A DNA stretch of 64,000 nt from assembly GCF_001194135.2 (NCBI RefSeq), contig NC_068983.1, positions 54,113,048 through 54,177,047 of the forward strand, read 5' to 3'. Shown here one piece after another: positions 63,246 to 64,000 of the stretch; within the stretch, counting starts at the first letter, position 1, and each line of letters starts with the position of its first letter. A program made the position numbers and the translations under genes. Source of the DNA: Octopus bimaculoides (lineage: Eukaryota). Below the pieces are notes generated by a model that saw only the letters and a list, made by a program, of their open reading frames with translations, was not told the origin of the DNA and did not search any database.

Positions 63246-63369
63246 TTGCACCATCCAGCCCCAAATGCAAAGAAAGAAATAACTTGGTAGAATATGGTGG
63301 ATCTTTTTAGGCGAAACACCATCACCAATCAACAACTACTCTTGTCAAGTGTAGACAACAGAGAATGGA

Positions 63370-63520
63370 AATGATCTTCATGAGAAGGCAATAGAAATAT
63401 ATTGAACATATCATCCAAAAAGATTAAGACAACATTGCTTGGAATGCTCTTTACAACAGAAGAAACCAGAAAGAACAGTTAATGACAAAGTATAAAAGGG
63501 AAGCTTAAAACCATGACCCA
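63370..63520 (+). pseudogene. Possible RTE LINE C-terminal remnant
   Basis: Reads KYIEHIIQKD*DNIAWNAL, weakly like the RTE W.GH.LR...NI.R.AL motif. Short and degraded. Confidence 0.3.
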
Positions 63521-64000
63521 CACTCAGGAAACCATTCTGAAGCCAACCCAGTAACATTAAATCTTTGTTGCTGCCCTACGTGCTAACAGACAGACGCAAC
63601 ACAAATGTAAAGTCATATACCATGGTTTCTTCAGGTAAGTACATCCAACCTCTTTAAAAAATATAAAAAATTGCGACCTTATGTCAATTTAAGAAATAAT
63701 ATGAATGGCAGAATTGGTAGAATGCCAACTGAAATTCCTGGCATTAGTAAGTGACATTACTTTACAGTTTGAGTTCAATCCTAGACAGGTTCATCTTTGC
63801 CTTTCTTTATTTTGGTAGATGATAAAATAAGTTCCGATTTAACTGCCGGTATTTCTCCCACTTCAAATATGTGGCCTTTTGCCAACATAAACCACAACCA
63901 CCACCATCGTTCTCATTATCATCATGGTGATGATATAAAAGACAAGGACTTTTCATTTACTTGTGTTGTATTCTTAGTAATATCATCTGGTAATTCCCTT

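Overview
Eukaryotic, very AT-rich, repeat-dense genomic DNA with three assembly gaps. The SINE families look like those of an octopus (coleoid cephalopod); this is inferred from recalled repeat consensus sequences, not from a search. No prokaryotic features, rRNA, real tRNA genes or CRISPR arrays were seen. The only host protein-coding gene I can support is a minus-strand TNF-superfamily ligand (TRAIL/TNFSF10-like). Its TNF-homology domain is encoded by a terminal exon at 13628-14064 and a 99-nt exon at 29992-30090. Splice signals and reading frame also support a chain of very small exons: 15 nt at 23093-23107 (adds DITRK to the AA' loop), 9 nt at 35632-35640, and, less securely, 16 nt at 42942-42957 and 35 nt at 43302-43336. 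The start and transmembrane exon(s) were not found and probably lie beyond position 64000. The rest is intron or intergenic sequence filled with about five tRNA-derived SINE families (several nested, with clear target-site duplications), RTE LINE remnants, a DD36E Tc1 remnant, a mariner deletion derivative, TTAA (piggyBac-type) and hAT-type MITEs, Helitron pieces, inverted repeats and microsatellites. Almost all ORFs in the supplied track are translations of repeats. The best candidate for something new is a TRAIL-like ligand whose stalk and AA' loop may be built from or tuned by microexons.
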